Positions 44,460-53,976 are shown, counted from the first letter of the stretch. The stretch: 64,000 nt of DNA from an uncultured Candidatus Saccharibacteria bacterium (GCA_964510655.1 CAZEAY010000003.1:18924-82923), one strand, 5' to 3'. A program made the numbers and translations. Notes: generated by a model not told the origin, from the letters alone.

Positions 44460-46847
44460 TTATTTATCAAGCTCTCCCCAGCGATCTCCCGCTCCCCAAT
44501 TAACAGTTAGAGGAACCTTCATTTGACTGACTTTCTCCATGGCCTTCTTAATAACTGGCGAGACCTCCTCTACCACCCCCTTCTCTATCTCAAAAATAAG
44601 CTCATCATGAATCTGCAACAGGAGGTGAACTCGGTCCAGCATCTTTATTTTTTTAAGTTCGTCATTAACTTTAATAATAGCCAACTTCACAAAATCGGCT
44701 CCACTACCCTGGATAGGAGCATTCATCGCCATTCGTTCGGCACTAGCCCTGATAAAAGGTAGCCGAGATTTTAACTCCGGGAAATATCGACGGCGGCCAA
44801 ACAATGTTTCCGTATAACCAATCTTATACGCTCCGGAAATTACATTGTCAAAATATTCGCGAATTTTCGGAAAAGTAGCAAAATAATTATCATAAAATTT
44901 TTGAGCTTCTTCTCGGGTCGTATTAAGGTTCATCTTAAGAGCATTCACCCCCATCCCATAAACAATCCCAAAATTTAAAACTTTGGCTTGTCTTCGCATG
45001 TCTTTAGTCACCTCACTATCGGAAACATTAAAAACTCGAGCGGCCACGGCCGTATGAATATCTTTTTCTTCTTTAAAAATTTTAATCAAATCTTCATCAC
45101 CAGACATTTCAGCCAAAATACGCATTTCCATTTGCGAGTAATCAAAAGAAACTAACCTATGCCCTTTGTCGGCAATAAAAGCTTTACGAATTCTTTCTCC
45201 ACTTCCCTCGCGTACCGGGATATTCTGCAGATTAGGATTAGAACTAGACATTCGGCCAGTGGTTGTTCCGGCTTGATTTAAGCTGGTATGCAGGCGATCT
45301 TCCTCATCAGTCATCTTGGGGATATTATCAATATAAGTTGAGAGGAGTTTTTGATATTCGCGATATTCCAAGATTGGCGGAATAATAGGGTGTTCATCTT
45401 TCATTTTTAATAATTCCGACTCTTTGGTGCTACGAGCTCCACCGGCCGTTTTCTTTAAACCCTTAACGGAAATTTTTAGCTCATCAAAAAGTATTTCACC
45501 AAGCTGTTTAGGTGAATTGATATTAAATTCTCGACCAGCTTCGGTGTAAATCTTTTTTTCTAGTTTAGAAAGAAGTAAGTGATACTCCTTCGATAAATCA
45601 GCCAAATATTTTCGATCAATCAAGATCCCCCGTTTCTCAGCCTTATCAATAATCGGAATAAGAGGAAGTTCGATGTCGGTATAAATCTTTTCTAAGCCAA
45701 GATCTTTTAGTTGTTTTAAAATAAGTTTTTCGGCCAAAGATAAATCTTTAGTATCGGCGTAATCCAAAATGTCATCGATTGTCGGCGTTGTTTTAGAAGA
45801 ATCAATCAGCCACAAAGCAATGCCTACTCTTTTTACTTGTAAGGGGTCATACTGGGGAACCAAAGGGGTGGGTTCAATTTGATCATCAGCGGAATCCGCA
45901 AAATTAGGTAACAGGTTACGCGCCCGAGGAATCAAACTCCGAAACTCAAAAAGACTAAAAGTTTTTTCGACCTTCTTAAGGTCACAATTTTCAGTCCAAT
46001 GACTACCTGGCAAATCAAAAGTAATCGGCACATCTCGCCTAATCGTAGCCAACATTTTAGAAAATAAAGCCTCATCCTCATTATTTTTTAAAATCTCAAT
46101 CATCCGTTCTTTAATTCCTGCTTTTTTAAAAACGGCTTCATCTTTCTTTAGTTGATTGTAAATTTTTTCAATTGTCCCAAAATTAATAATTAAATCGGTG
46201 GCGGTTTTTTCTCCCACCCCTGGAACCCCAATAATATTATCTGAGGGATCTCCCCGTAAGCCCTTGTAATCTGGTAAAAATTCCGGCCCAAAACCAAAAC
46301 GACTCTCGACTTCAGATTCATTGTACAAAATAGTATCACTAATCCCCTTTTTAAGAGTATAAACCTGGACCCGCTTACCATCGATAAGTTGCATCGTATC
46401 CATATCCCCAGAAGCAATGATAATTTCCACCCCAGGAATTTTTTTTGCCTGTTCAGCAATGGTGCCAATTATGTCGTCAGCCTCAAAACCAGCCTTGTCA
46501 TAAATGGGAATATTGAAAGCGGAAAAAATTTCTCGTGACTTATCCATTTGCGCAATCAAGGCTTCATCAGTTTTTTTTCTTTGACCTTTGTAAGCATCGT
46601 AGGCCTCTTTCCTAAAAGTGGCCTCCGCCCGATCATAACAGGCGGCCATATAATCTGGATTCAGCTCGGCAATAATTTTCATCAACATGGTGGCCAAACC
46701 ATACAAACCACCAGTCGGTTGACCAGTCGAAGAAGTAAAATCTGGCAAAGCATGATAAGCCCTGTGCAAAATAGCGTGAGCATCAAATAAAACTAATTTT
46801 TTATTTTTCACTTTTCCATCTTTTGCTTTAATTGTTTTGGTGACCAT
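44460..46847 (-). CDS. polA: DNA polymerase I
   Basis: N-terminal 5'-3' exonuclease (LVLFDAHAILHRAYHA) and polymerase motifs A/B/C (DYSQMEMRILA, RRQAKVLNFGIVYG, LQIHDELIFE). Confidence 0.95.
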   Translation of the reverse strand: MVTKTIKAKDGKVKNKKLVLFDAHAILHRAYHALPDFTSSTGQPTGGLYGLATMLMKIIAELNPDYMAACYDRAEATFRKEAYDAYKGQRKKTDEALIAQMDKSREIFSAFNIPIYDKAGFEADDIIGTIAEQAKKIPGVEIIIASGDMDTMQLIDGKRVQVYTLKKGISDTILYNESEVESRFGFGPEFLPDYKGLRGDPSDNIIGVPGVGEKTATDLIINFGTIEKIYNQLKKDEAVFKKAGIKERMIEILKNNEDEALFSKMLATIRRDVPITFDLPGSHWTENCDLKKVEKTFSLFEFRSLIPRARNLLPNFADSADDQIEPTPLVPQYDPLQVKRVGIALWLIDSSKTTPTIDDILDYADTKDLSLAEKLILKQLKDLGLEKIYTDIELPLIPIIDKAEKRGILIDRKYLADLSKEYHLLLSKLEKKIYTEAGREFNINSPKQLGEILFDELKISVKGLKKTAGGARSTKESELLKMKDEHPIIPPILEYREYQKLLSTYIDNIPKMTDEEDRLHTSLNQAGTTTGRMSSSNPNLQNIPVREGSGERIRKAFIADKGHRLVSFDYSQMEMRILAEMSGDEDLIKIFKEEKDIHTAVAARVFNVSDSEVTKDMRRQAKVLNFGIVYGMGVNALKMNLNTTREEAQKFYDNYFATFPKIREYFDNVISGAYKIGYTETLFGRRRYFPELKSRLPFIRASAERMAMNAPIQGSGADFVKLAIIKVNDELKKIKMLDRVHLLLQIHDELIFEIEKGVVEEVSPVIKKAMEKVSQMKVPLTVNWGAGDRWGELDK

Positions 46848-46849
46848 GA

Positions 46850-47299
46850 TTATTTTCTTACCTCTATTCTTCTCTGACCCTCATCGACAAATTCAAAATC
46901 AATTATTTTGGTATTGGTTGGTAATATTTCACCTATCCTCTCAGGCCACTCAACAACAATTAAATTTTCCGAATTACCAACAATTTCTTCCCAACCCAAT
47001 CTAAGCATTTCTTCAGTGGAATTTAAGCGATAACAATCGATATGCACTAATTTTTTAAACTTCTGATTGGGGTCGCAAGAATATATTTTTTCGATAACAA
47101 AAGTTGGACTGGTAATCTGTTCTTTAATTCCCAATTCCTGAGCTAAAAATTGGGTAAAGGTGGTTTTACCAGAACCTAAATCCCCCTTCAAAGCCAATAC
47201 TGTAGCAAAGTCAATGTTGGGCGACAAATCCTCTAAAATTTTTTTAGCGAGGAGTGAGACTTCAGACAGATTGTAGACATTTTTAGCAGAACTTTGCAT
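46850..47299 (-). CDS. tsaE: tRNA t6A biosynthesis ATPase TsaE
   Basis: GDLGSGKTTFTQ P-loop, ~150 aa. Confidence 0.85.
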   Translation of the reverse strand: MQSSAKNVYNLSEVSLLAKKILEDLSPNIDFATVLALKGDLGSGKTTFTQFLAQELGIKEQITSPTFVIEKIYSCDPNQKFKKLVHIDCYRLNSTEEMLRLGWEEIVGNSENLIVVEWPERIGEILPTNTKIIDFEFVDEGQRRIEVRK

Positions 47300-47349
47300 T
47301 TATATTCAATCTTAGCACAAAAGAAGGTTGGTAAAATAGATATAAAAAA

Positions 47350-47392
47350 ATACCCCGAAGCCGTAAACGACTTCGGGGTAAAACATCAATAG
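47350..47392 (-). terminator. terminator of the GC-rich lipoprotein gene
   Basis: CCCCGAAG..CTTCGGGG 8-bp stem followed on the minus strand by TATTTTTTTA. Confidence 0.55.
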
Positions 47393-47405
47393 TCAACTTT
47401 CTCAA

Positions 47406-47834
47406 CTAGAACCAGCTGCTATGCCGACGCTTGGACAGGAGGCGGGTCCAACTTTTAGCCTCCCGAGAGATGCTCTGGGCAGTCCTGAGGGCATCGCGCC
47501 CCTCCGACTGAGTCTGGCGACGCAAGGCAATCTCACGGCGAACCTCGCCGTCAAGCTCATGCTGAGTCTGGCGGCGATTCTCCCGATCATCGCGCGACCA
47601 CTCTCTGTCTGCGCGATCCATTTCGATGGCCTGACGATGTGCGTCACGGGACTGTTCCCGATAGCCAGCATACACAGCGGCCGCCTGACCCCGACGCGGA
47701 GTGGTGTTGACTGCCCAGTCAGCACCATTATCGGAAGGGACATAAACTCGGCGGGCGGTAGTCTGGGGGGCTGTAACGCACCCCGTAACCATCAACAAGA
47801 CAAAGAGAAGCAGGCAAACGACAAAATTCTTCAT
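47406..47834 (-). CDS. GC-rich lipoprotein with Arg/Asp/Glu-rich repeats (142 aa)
   Basis: Signal peptide plus lipobox LMVTG|C. The body is rich in RxQ/RDD/RExRR repeats. Very GC-rich relative to its flanks. GAGG ~9 nt before the ATG. Confidence 0.55.
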   Translation of the reverse strand: MKNFVVCLLLFVLLMVTGCVTAPQTTARRVYVPSDNGADWAVNTTPRRGQAAAVYAGYREQSRDAHRQAIEMDRADREWSRDDRENRRQTQHELDGEVRREIALRRQTQSEGRDALRTAQSISREAKSWTRLLSKRRHSSWF

Positions 47835-48153
47835 GGTAAGGTACCTCGGTAGTAAATTTTAGGGGTGATTGGATTAACCAGCCCTATTTGTATTCTTCTT
47901 CTATTATAGCACTATTCATACAAAAAGTCAAGTATCAAGACATTTCCCTAAAATAAACCTTAAAATAAGGATATTTTACTAGTGGGCTAAACCTAGACCA
48001 CTTAGAGAAGGGAGTGCTTACAAAATTATCTCGAAGCAACATTTGCAGTCTTAAATCAGCGGTTTTCCGCTTTAGTGGATGCTTTATTCCAAAGTGTAAG
48101 ATTGAGGGTAATTTTGATTTATTCGTGGTTATTGGTATTATAATATAAAGCAT

Positions 48154-48420
48154 ATGGGAAACATAAAACTAGACAAAAACTATAATTTTATCGAGGATAA
48201 AAGTGTGTATAATGATGATTTTGTCGAGGCAGTTGATTTAATATCAAAAGCACAATCAGATAAGGTTATAACTGAGACCGAAGCAAACCTGCTCTTTAAG
48301 CTTGTCTTGAAAAAGGAATTTAAAAAAGAAACAAAAAAGATTGCACCCCCTACAACACAGACTCCAGAAGTTCATTCATTCTTTATGAATATGAAATCTA
48401 AGCAAATTAAACATGCTTAA
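48154..48420 (+). CDS. hypothetical protein (88 aa)
   Basis: AT-rich ORF; no homology recognised. Confidence 0.3.
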   Translation: MGNIKLDKNYNFIEDKSVYNDDFVEAVDLISKAQSDKVITETEANLLFKLVLKKEFKKETKKIAPPTTQTPEVHSFFMNMKSKQIKHA

Positions 48421-48778
48421 TGAAGAAACAAAAGAGGTGATGGCAACTAAACATCACCCTAAAGAGGAAAATACTCAAGAGATGAGTATTTTGATGCAAA
48501 AAGTGCTTGGGTCAGATAATGGTCCTGATTTTACCAAAGAACAGGTTGACGAAATACTTTCTCAAAAGAGAGAAATTACTGGATATATCCATGACGATAA
48601 AAAAATGGATTCTTGGGATAACAAATTTTATCTAGTAATAGTTCTTGTTTTTGTGCTTCTTTTTTCTTGTTTAGTTTTATGGAAAAAGCCCGAACTATTT
48701 AACGAAGTATTAAGTTTCTTAACGGGGGCATTTGGCGGAGGATTGGGTGGCTATGGCTTAGCATCAAAAAAGAAATAA
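48413..48778 (+). CDS. hypothetical single-TM protein (121 aa)
   Basis: C-terminal TM (LVIVLVFVLLFSCLVLW) followed by a Gly-rich tail. The terminator hairpin CCGCCTTCGGGCGG T6 lies at 48787-48810. Confidence 0.35.
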   Translation: MLNEETKEVMATKHHPKEENTQEMSILMQKVLGSDNGPDFTKEQVDEILSQKREITGYIHDDKKMDSWDNKFYLVIVLVFVLLFSCLVLWKKPELFNEVLSFLTGAFGGGLGGYGLASKKK

Positions 48779-48963
48779 ATGAAATTCCGCCTTCGGGCGG
48801 TTTTTTATTTACCCTCAATTATATCGTTAGGAGAGATATTTAGATATCCACTTCCCTCTTCTTTGTTTCCATGCAAGTAATGTGTTTAGGATATTAAATA
48901 ATTCTAATTTTCTCCCCTTTTTAATTTCTACTTTCCAATTTTTAATTATATAATTGATAGCGT

Positions 48964-50658
48964 ATGCTCACCTTCGACGAAGATAAACAAAATAAACGAG
49001 TCGATGAACTTCATCTTAAAGAAGCGGAAGGGTTGGCGCAAATGTTGTCACAAAAATACCGGCTACCCTACATTGATTTAACTAAATCTTCTATCAATAC
49101 CGATGCTTTGCGCTTGGTCCCCGAAGACGAAGCACGTTCGGCTGGCATTGCCCCCTTTAAACTACTGGGACGAAATGTTGATATTGCTATTATTACTCCC
49201 AACAACCCAATGATTGCTGATATTGTACGCACTCTTCAAGAAAATAAAGGTATCACCGCCCATCTTTATCTCGCCTCTCAAAGTAGTCTCGATCACGCCT
49301 GGGAACGCTACAAAGAAGCAGGAAAAAGTACTCAAACCGACGCGGGAGTCATTCAGATTTCCGACGAAGCCATTGCTAAATACCTATCAGAATTTAAAAC
49401 AATTGAAGATGTAAAAACAACTCTAGATAAAGAGATTGAAGAAAGTTTACAAATTGGTGGTATTTCAAACTTACTAGAAGTAATTCTTTCTGGCGCTCTT
49501 TCCACCAATGCCTCCGACATCCACATCGAACCAGAAGAGACAACCATCCGTCTTCGTTATCGCTTAGATGGCGTGCTTCACGACGTCGCTGATATTGATA
49601 GTCGTCTCTTCCGTCAAATTGCGGCTCGATTGAAATTAGTTTCCGGAATGAAACTAAATATTCAACAAGCAGCCCAAGATGGACGTTTCGCCATTAAAGT
49701 AGAAGGAACAGAAATAGAAATTCGTGCCTCTATTATCCCTGGTTCCTATGGCGAATCAGTAGTTATGCGTGTTCTTAATCCAAAAAGTATCAATGTGACT
49801 TTTGATAATCTTGGAGTAGATGAACAGCTTTATAAAATATTTGCCAAGGAAATTTCCCGACCAAACGGGATGATTCTTCTCACTGGTCCTACTGGATCTG
49901 GTAAAACAACCACCCTTTATTCTTTTCTTCGTAAAGTAAATTCCACCGAGTCAAAGATTATTACTATTGAAGATCCGATTGAATATCACTTGGAGGGAAT
50001 AAACCAGACTCAAGTAAATCGAACCAAGGGCTACACTTTCCTGTCCGGCTTGCGCGCTTCCCTGCGTCAGGACCCTGACATTATCATGGTGGGAGAAATC
50101 CGTGACTCTGAAACAGCTAAAATTGCCGTAAATGCGTCTTTGACTGGGCACTTGGTCTTTTCCACTCTTCACACCAACAACGCGGCTGGAGCAATTCCAC
50201 GCCTAATTGACCTGGGGGTGAATGCAAAAATCTTGACCTCGGCTCTAACCTTACCAATCGCCCAACGTCTAGTTCGTCGCTTATGCCCTGTCTGTAAAAA
50301 AGAAGATGTTCCAACTCCTGAAGAAAAAAGTTTAATTGACAACGTGGTTACCACTATTAAGAAAAAGAAACCGGAATTGGTTCTACCACAAACAGAAAAG
50401 GTTTGGCGACCAGTCGGCTGTGAGAAATGTAATAAAACTGGTTACAAAGGCCGGGTGGGTGTCTACGAAGCAATCGTTATGGATGACGCGGTCGCTAAGG
50501 TAACAATTGAAAATCCGAGTGAAAAAGAAATCAAAATTGCTGCCATTCCTCAAGGAATTTTGGATATGCGCCAAGATGGTATTCTGAAAATTTTGACAGG
50601 AATAACAGATATGTCAGAACTAGGTCGTGTGGTTGATTTAACAGAAGAGTTTATATAA
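48964..50658 (+). CDS. pilB: type IV pilus assembly ATPase PilB (GspE family), native copy
   Basis: GspII_E N-terminal domain, Walker A LTGPTGSGKTTT, Asp and His boxes, tetracysteine CPVC...CEKC. AT-rich, no SD. Confidence 0.9.
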   Translation: MLTFDEDKQNKRVDELHLKEAEGLAQMLSQKYRLPYIDLTKSSINTDALRLVPEDEARSAGIAPFKLLGRNVDIAIITPNNPMIADIVRTLQENKGITAHLYLASQSSLDHAWERYKEAGKSTQTDAGVIQISDEAIAKYLSEFKTIEDVKTTLDKEIEESLQIGGISNLLEVILSGALSTNASDIHIEPEETTIRLRYRLDGVLHDVADIDSRLFRQIAARLKLVSGMKLNIQQAAQDGRFAIKVEGTEIEIRASIIPGSYGESVVMRVLNPKSINVTFDNLGVDEQLYKIFAKEISRPNGMILLTGPTGSGKTTTLYSFLRKVNSTESKIITIEDPIEYHLEGINQTQVNRTKGYTFLSGLRASLRQDPDIIMVGEIRDSETAKIAVNASLTGHLVFSTLHTNNAAGAIPRLIDLGVNAKILTSALTLPIAQRLVRRLCPVCKKEDVPTPEEKSLIDNVVTTIKKKKPELVLPQTEKVWRPVGCEKCNKTGYKGRVGVYEAIVMDDAVAKVTIENPSEKEIKIAAIPQGILDMRQDGILKILTGITDMSELGRVVDLTEEFI

Positions 50659-50781
50659 AGTGAAATAAGAAATAAGTATCGAAAAAATAAGAATAGATTC
50701 CCTTGCTCATTAAAAATTGAATTACCCTTTTCCCAGCCACACCCTCCTTAATTCTCTCATTCAGAAAATTTTTAACCCAAA

Positions 50782-50893
50782 AAGCTCGTTGGCTACTTAA
50801 TTTAGGAAATATCGCGCAGACCGACTGGTCGAGCGTAAGAATTTTCTAGCAAGAAAATATCTGTGTTTCCTAAATTAAGTAGCCAACGAGCTT
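50782..50893. repeat. 28-bp perfect inverted repeat flanking a 56-nt spacer (MITE-like or structured element)
   Basis: AAGCTCGTTGGCTACTTAATTTAGGAAA (50782-50809) and its exact reverse complement (50866-50893). Confidence 0.5.
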
Positions 50894-50936
50894 CGCGAAC
50901 AAAAAAGTTTTTTGAACCGGAGAAATTAAGACCACA

Positions 50937-51080
50937 AACCTCTAAGCAATCCCTCAGGTCCTGCAACTTGAGTTAGAAATTCCCTCTAGGATAGTCCCAG
51001 TAGCGACTCGCAAGCGAGCCAACCAGGGCGTCCTGTTAAAAAAATCCGTAAAGCGTAAACGCTTTAATTGCTTAGAGGTT
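50937..51080. repeat. 14-bp inverted repeat enclosing a 116-nt GC-rich segment
   Basis: AACCTCTAAGCAAT (50937-50950) and ATTGCTTAGAGGTT (51067-51080). The interior is GC-rich with several short hairpins. Confidence 0.4.
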
Positions 51081-51202
51081 TATGTTCTTAATGAATGTTA
51101 AATTCACCTAAAACTTTTTCTGGAAACAAAAAAGTTTGCTTATTTGTTTCCCCAGAAGAAGCTTTTAGCAAACTAAGAGTATCTTAGCATAAAAAGGTTT
51201 CT

Positions 51203-52240
51203 ATGTCAAGTCTAGACCCTATCACCAACAATGACGAGCCAAACAATGGCTTAGATGAACGTTTTTTGGACAAATCACTCCGTCCGACTGTTTGGGATGA
51301 ATATATTGGGCAAGAGAGCATTAAGGATAATCTAAAGATTTTAATTGGAGCAGCCGCTGGGCGCAAACACCCACCAGAACATCTTCTTTTTTATGGTCCA
51401 CCAGGATTAGGCAAGACTACTCTCGCTCATTTGATTGCCAAACAAATGAATGCTCAACTAAAAGTCACCTCTGGACCGGCCGTAGAAAAAGTTGGTGACC
51501 TAGCTTCAATCCTAACCAATCTTTCTGAAGGTGATATTTTATTTATCGATGAAATTCATCGCTTAAACAAAATGATTGAAGAGGTTTTGTATCCCGCCAT
51601 GGAATCTGGGGTTTTAAATATTATTATCGGCAAAGGCCCGGGCGCGCGCGTAATCCAATTAGATTTACCACCATTTACCTTAATCGCCGCCACCACTCGC
51701 GTAGCTCTCCTCTCTTCTCCACTGCGCTCACGATTTTCCGGCGGAACTCATCGTCTAGAATTTTATACCGAAGCCGAGATTAAAAAAATTATTCTGCGTT
51801 CAGCAAAAATATTACAAATTGAAATTAGCGATGAAGCCGCTCTAGAGATTGCTCGTCGTGCTCGTTTTACTCCCCGGATTGCGAATCAACTCCTTAAACG
51901 TTGTCGCGACTACGCTCAACTTAAAAACAGTTCGATTGATTTAAAAATTGTTAAAGAGGCTCTTAATATGCTCGGTATTGATGAGATTGGTCTAACCACC
52001 CAAGATCGAAAAATTCTGGATATAATTATTTCCAAATTTAACGGTGGGCCAGTGGGTTTGGGAACAGTCGCTACCGCCATGAGCGAAGAAGATGCCACCA
52101 TTGAAGAAGTAAATGAACCCTACTTGATCCAACTAGGTTTAATGGAACGAACTCCCCGCGGTCGAGTCGCCACCAAAAAAGCTTATGAACATTTAGGGTA
52201 TGATTTCCCTAAAAACAAACAGGAAAGTTTGAGTATTTAA
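51203..52240 (+). CDS. ruvB: Holliday junction helicase RuvB
   Basis: LLFYGPPGLGKTTLA Walker A, DEIHRL Walker B, sensor and winged-helix C-terminus. Confidence 0.95.
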   Translation: MSSLDPITNNDEPNNGLDERFLDKSLRPTVWDEYIGQESIKDNLKILIGAAAGRKHPPEHLLFYGPPGLGKTTLAHLIAKQMNAQLKVTSGPAVEKVGDLASILTNLSEGDILFIDEIHRLNKMIEEVLYPAMESGVLNIIIGKGPGARVIQLDLPPFTLIAATTRVALLSSPLRSRFSGGTHRLEFYTEAEIKKIILRSAKILQIEISDEAALEIARRARFTPRIANQLLKRCRDYAQLKNSSIDLKIVKEALNMLGIDEIGLTTQDRKILDIIISKFNGGPVGLGTVATAMSEEDATIEEVNEPYLIQLGLMERTPRGRVATKKAYEHLGYDFPKNKQESLSI

Positions 52241-52284
52241 AAAAAAGAAACCCCTGGGCACATTTCTATGCACCAGGGGTTATT

Positions 52285-53916
52285 TCAAGCAATCGTCGCC
52301 CTCAAGACTTCATCCAATGAAGTTGTCCCGGCAAAAGCCTTAAGACAACCGCTCTGTCTCAGGGTTTTCATCCCCTGTTCGCAAGCGAGCTGTTTGATCG
52401 CATCTGTCGAATGACCGGCATGGATGAAAGTTTTGATTTTCTCATCGCAAACCAGGATTTCATGAATCGGGGTCACCCCCTGATATCCGTCATAACACGA
52501 CTGACAGCCCACTGGACCGCGAACTTGTTGCAAATAGTCGCCATCCTCCAAACCGAGATGTTTTACCATTTCAGTATTTGGCCGGCTAACTCTGGAACAA
52601 GCTTCGCAGAGTTTGCGAACTAATCGTTGGGCGATGATAACCTGAAGAGCATCGGCAATCATAAATCTGGGAATTCCCAAATCAACCAGACGAGAAACCG
52701 CCGACGGAGCATCGTTGGTATGCAGAGTTGAAAGGACTAGATGCCCAGTGAGAGCAGCCTGCAAAGCAACTCCAGCGGTTTCTGTATCTCGCATCTCTCC
52801 AATCATAATCACATCAGGGTTCTGCCTCAAGCAGGCCCGTAAGGAATTGGAGAAATTAAGCCCAGTTCTTTCGTTCGTCTGAGTCTGATTGATTCCCTTA
52901 ATTCGATACTCGATGGGATCCTCGATGGTGATGATCTTTTTATCACGCGTGTTCAGCTCATTAAGCAAGGCACACAACAGGGTTGTCTTGCCAGAACCCG
53001 TCGGTCCCGTCGCCAAGATCGCCCCATTAGGCTTTTGAATAAGGAGCCTTAACATTTCCACATCAGAGTCGCTCAATCCCATTTCACCCAATGTCTTTTG
53101 GGCATTCTTGGGATCAAGCAACCGAAGCGTCACCATCTCACCATATTGCGTCAAAAGAGTAGCGATCCGAATATCATAACTCTGATTACGGTATTCTACT
53201 CGAATGCTCCCATCTTGTGGATGACGACATTCTTCGATTTTCATTCCAGCCCGGCTCTTAAGGAAAGAGACCATACCGAGGAGCCAGCCCGATTTACAAG
53301 GAGGCTCAATGTCGCGCAGACACCCATCAATTCGATATCGAACCACCACACCGTCTTCCCATGGTTCGATACTGATATCTGAGGCACGCTCGCGAATTGC
53401 TCCACAAAGAATGGCCCCTACCAAGTGCTCATTCCCAACCACCTTCGGCAGAACACCTCCCTCTGGTAGGATAAGTTCTCCGGGACGCTCCCCAACAGGT
53501 GGAGGATTCTCGTTTGCTTTTACAATGACCTCCATCTGATTTCCCGCTTTGGAGTAAAACCTCTCAAGACAAATGAGAATATCTTTCTCCAAAGCGAGTA
53601 TCGGTTCGATTCCAACATCGCCAATCTCATAAGGAAGTCGATCTGTAAGCTCAAGGTTGCCCGGATCATTGGTGGCGACAGCCAAACGATTTGATTCGGA
53701 ATTGAACCTAATCGCCACGATACAATACTTCCGAGCAATCTCTTCAGGAATCATTTTGACCACAATCGGATCAAGCGATTCTGGTCTCAATTCCATTGGT
53801 TTGGGCAACAAGGATTGTTCAAAGGATGAAGAGATTGAGCCTGGATGAGCCGCATCTCCTATACGTTCCACATTCCTTGCCAATTGACCATCACCTCCAT
53901 TACCCGGTCGAGACAT
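52285..53916 (-). CDS. GspE/PilB-family secretion ATPase, GC-rich foreign-looking copy
   Basis: N-terminal GspII_E_N-like domain, ATGPTGSGKTT Walker A, and His and Asp boxes. Visibly ~50% GC. GAGGAGGG sits 7 nt before the ATG at 53914-53916. Confidence 0.85.
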   Translation of the reverse strand: MSRPGNGGDGQLARNVERIGDAAHPGSISSSFEQSLLPKPMELRPESLDPIVVKMIPEEIARKYCIVAIRFNSESNRLAVATNDPGNLELTDRLPYEIGDVGIEPILALEKDILICLERFYSKAGNQMEVIVKANENPPPVGERPGELILPEGGVLPKVVGNEHLVGAILCGAIRERASDISIEPWEDGVVVRYRIDGCLRDIEPPCKSGWLLGMVSFLKSRAGMKIEECRHPQDGSIRVEYRNQSYDIRIATLLTQYGEMVTLRLLDPKNAQKTLGEMGLSDSDVEMLRLLIQKPNGAILATGPTGSGKTTLLCALLNELNTRDKKIITIEDPIEYRIKGINQTQTNERTGLNFSNSLRACLRQNPDVIMIGEMRDTETAGVALQAALTGHLVLSTLHTNDAPSAVSRLVDLGIPRFMIADALQVIIAQRLVRKLCEACSRVSRPNTEMVKHLGLEDGDYLQQVRGPVGCQSCYDGYQGVTPIHEILVCDEKIKTFIHAGHSTDAIKQLACEQGMKTLRQSGCLKAFAGTTSLDEVLRATIA

Positions 53917-53976
53917 TTACCTGCCCTCCTCACGAATTTAGGATTTTTATCCAAAAGTTATGGGTTTAATTTACTC

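Noticed and set aside
47402-47852. Alternative ORFs 47402..47743 (-) and 47421..47852 (+) overlapping the lipoprotein gene
   Set aside because: These are frame artefacts of high-GC DNA. Only the 47406..47834 frame has a signal peptide/lipobox, an SD and a terminator.
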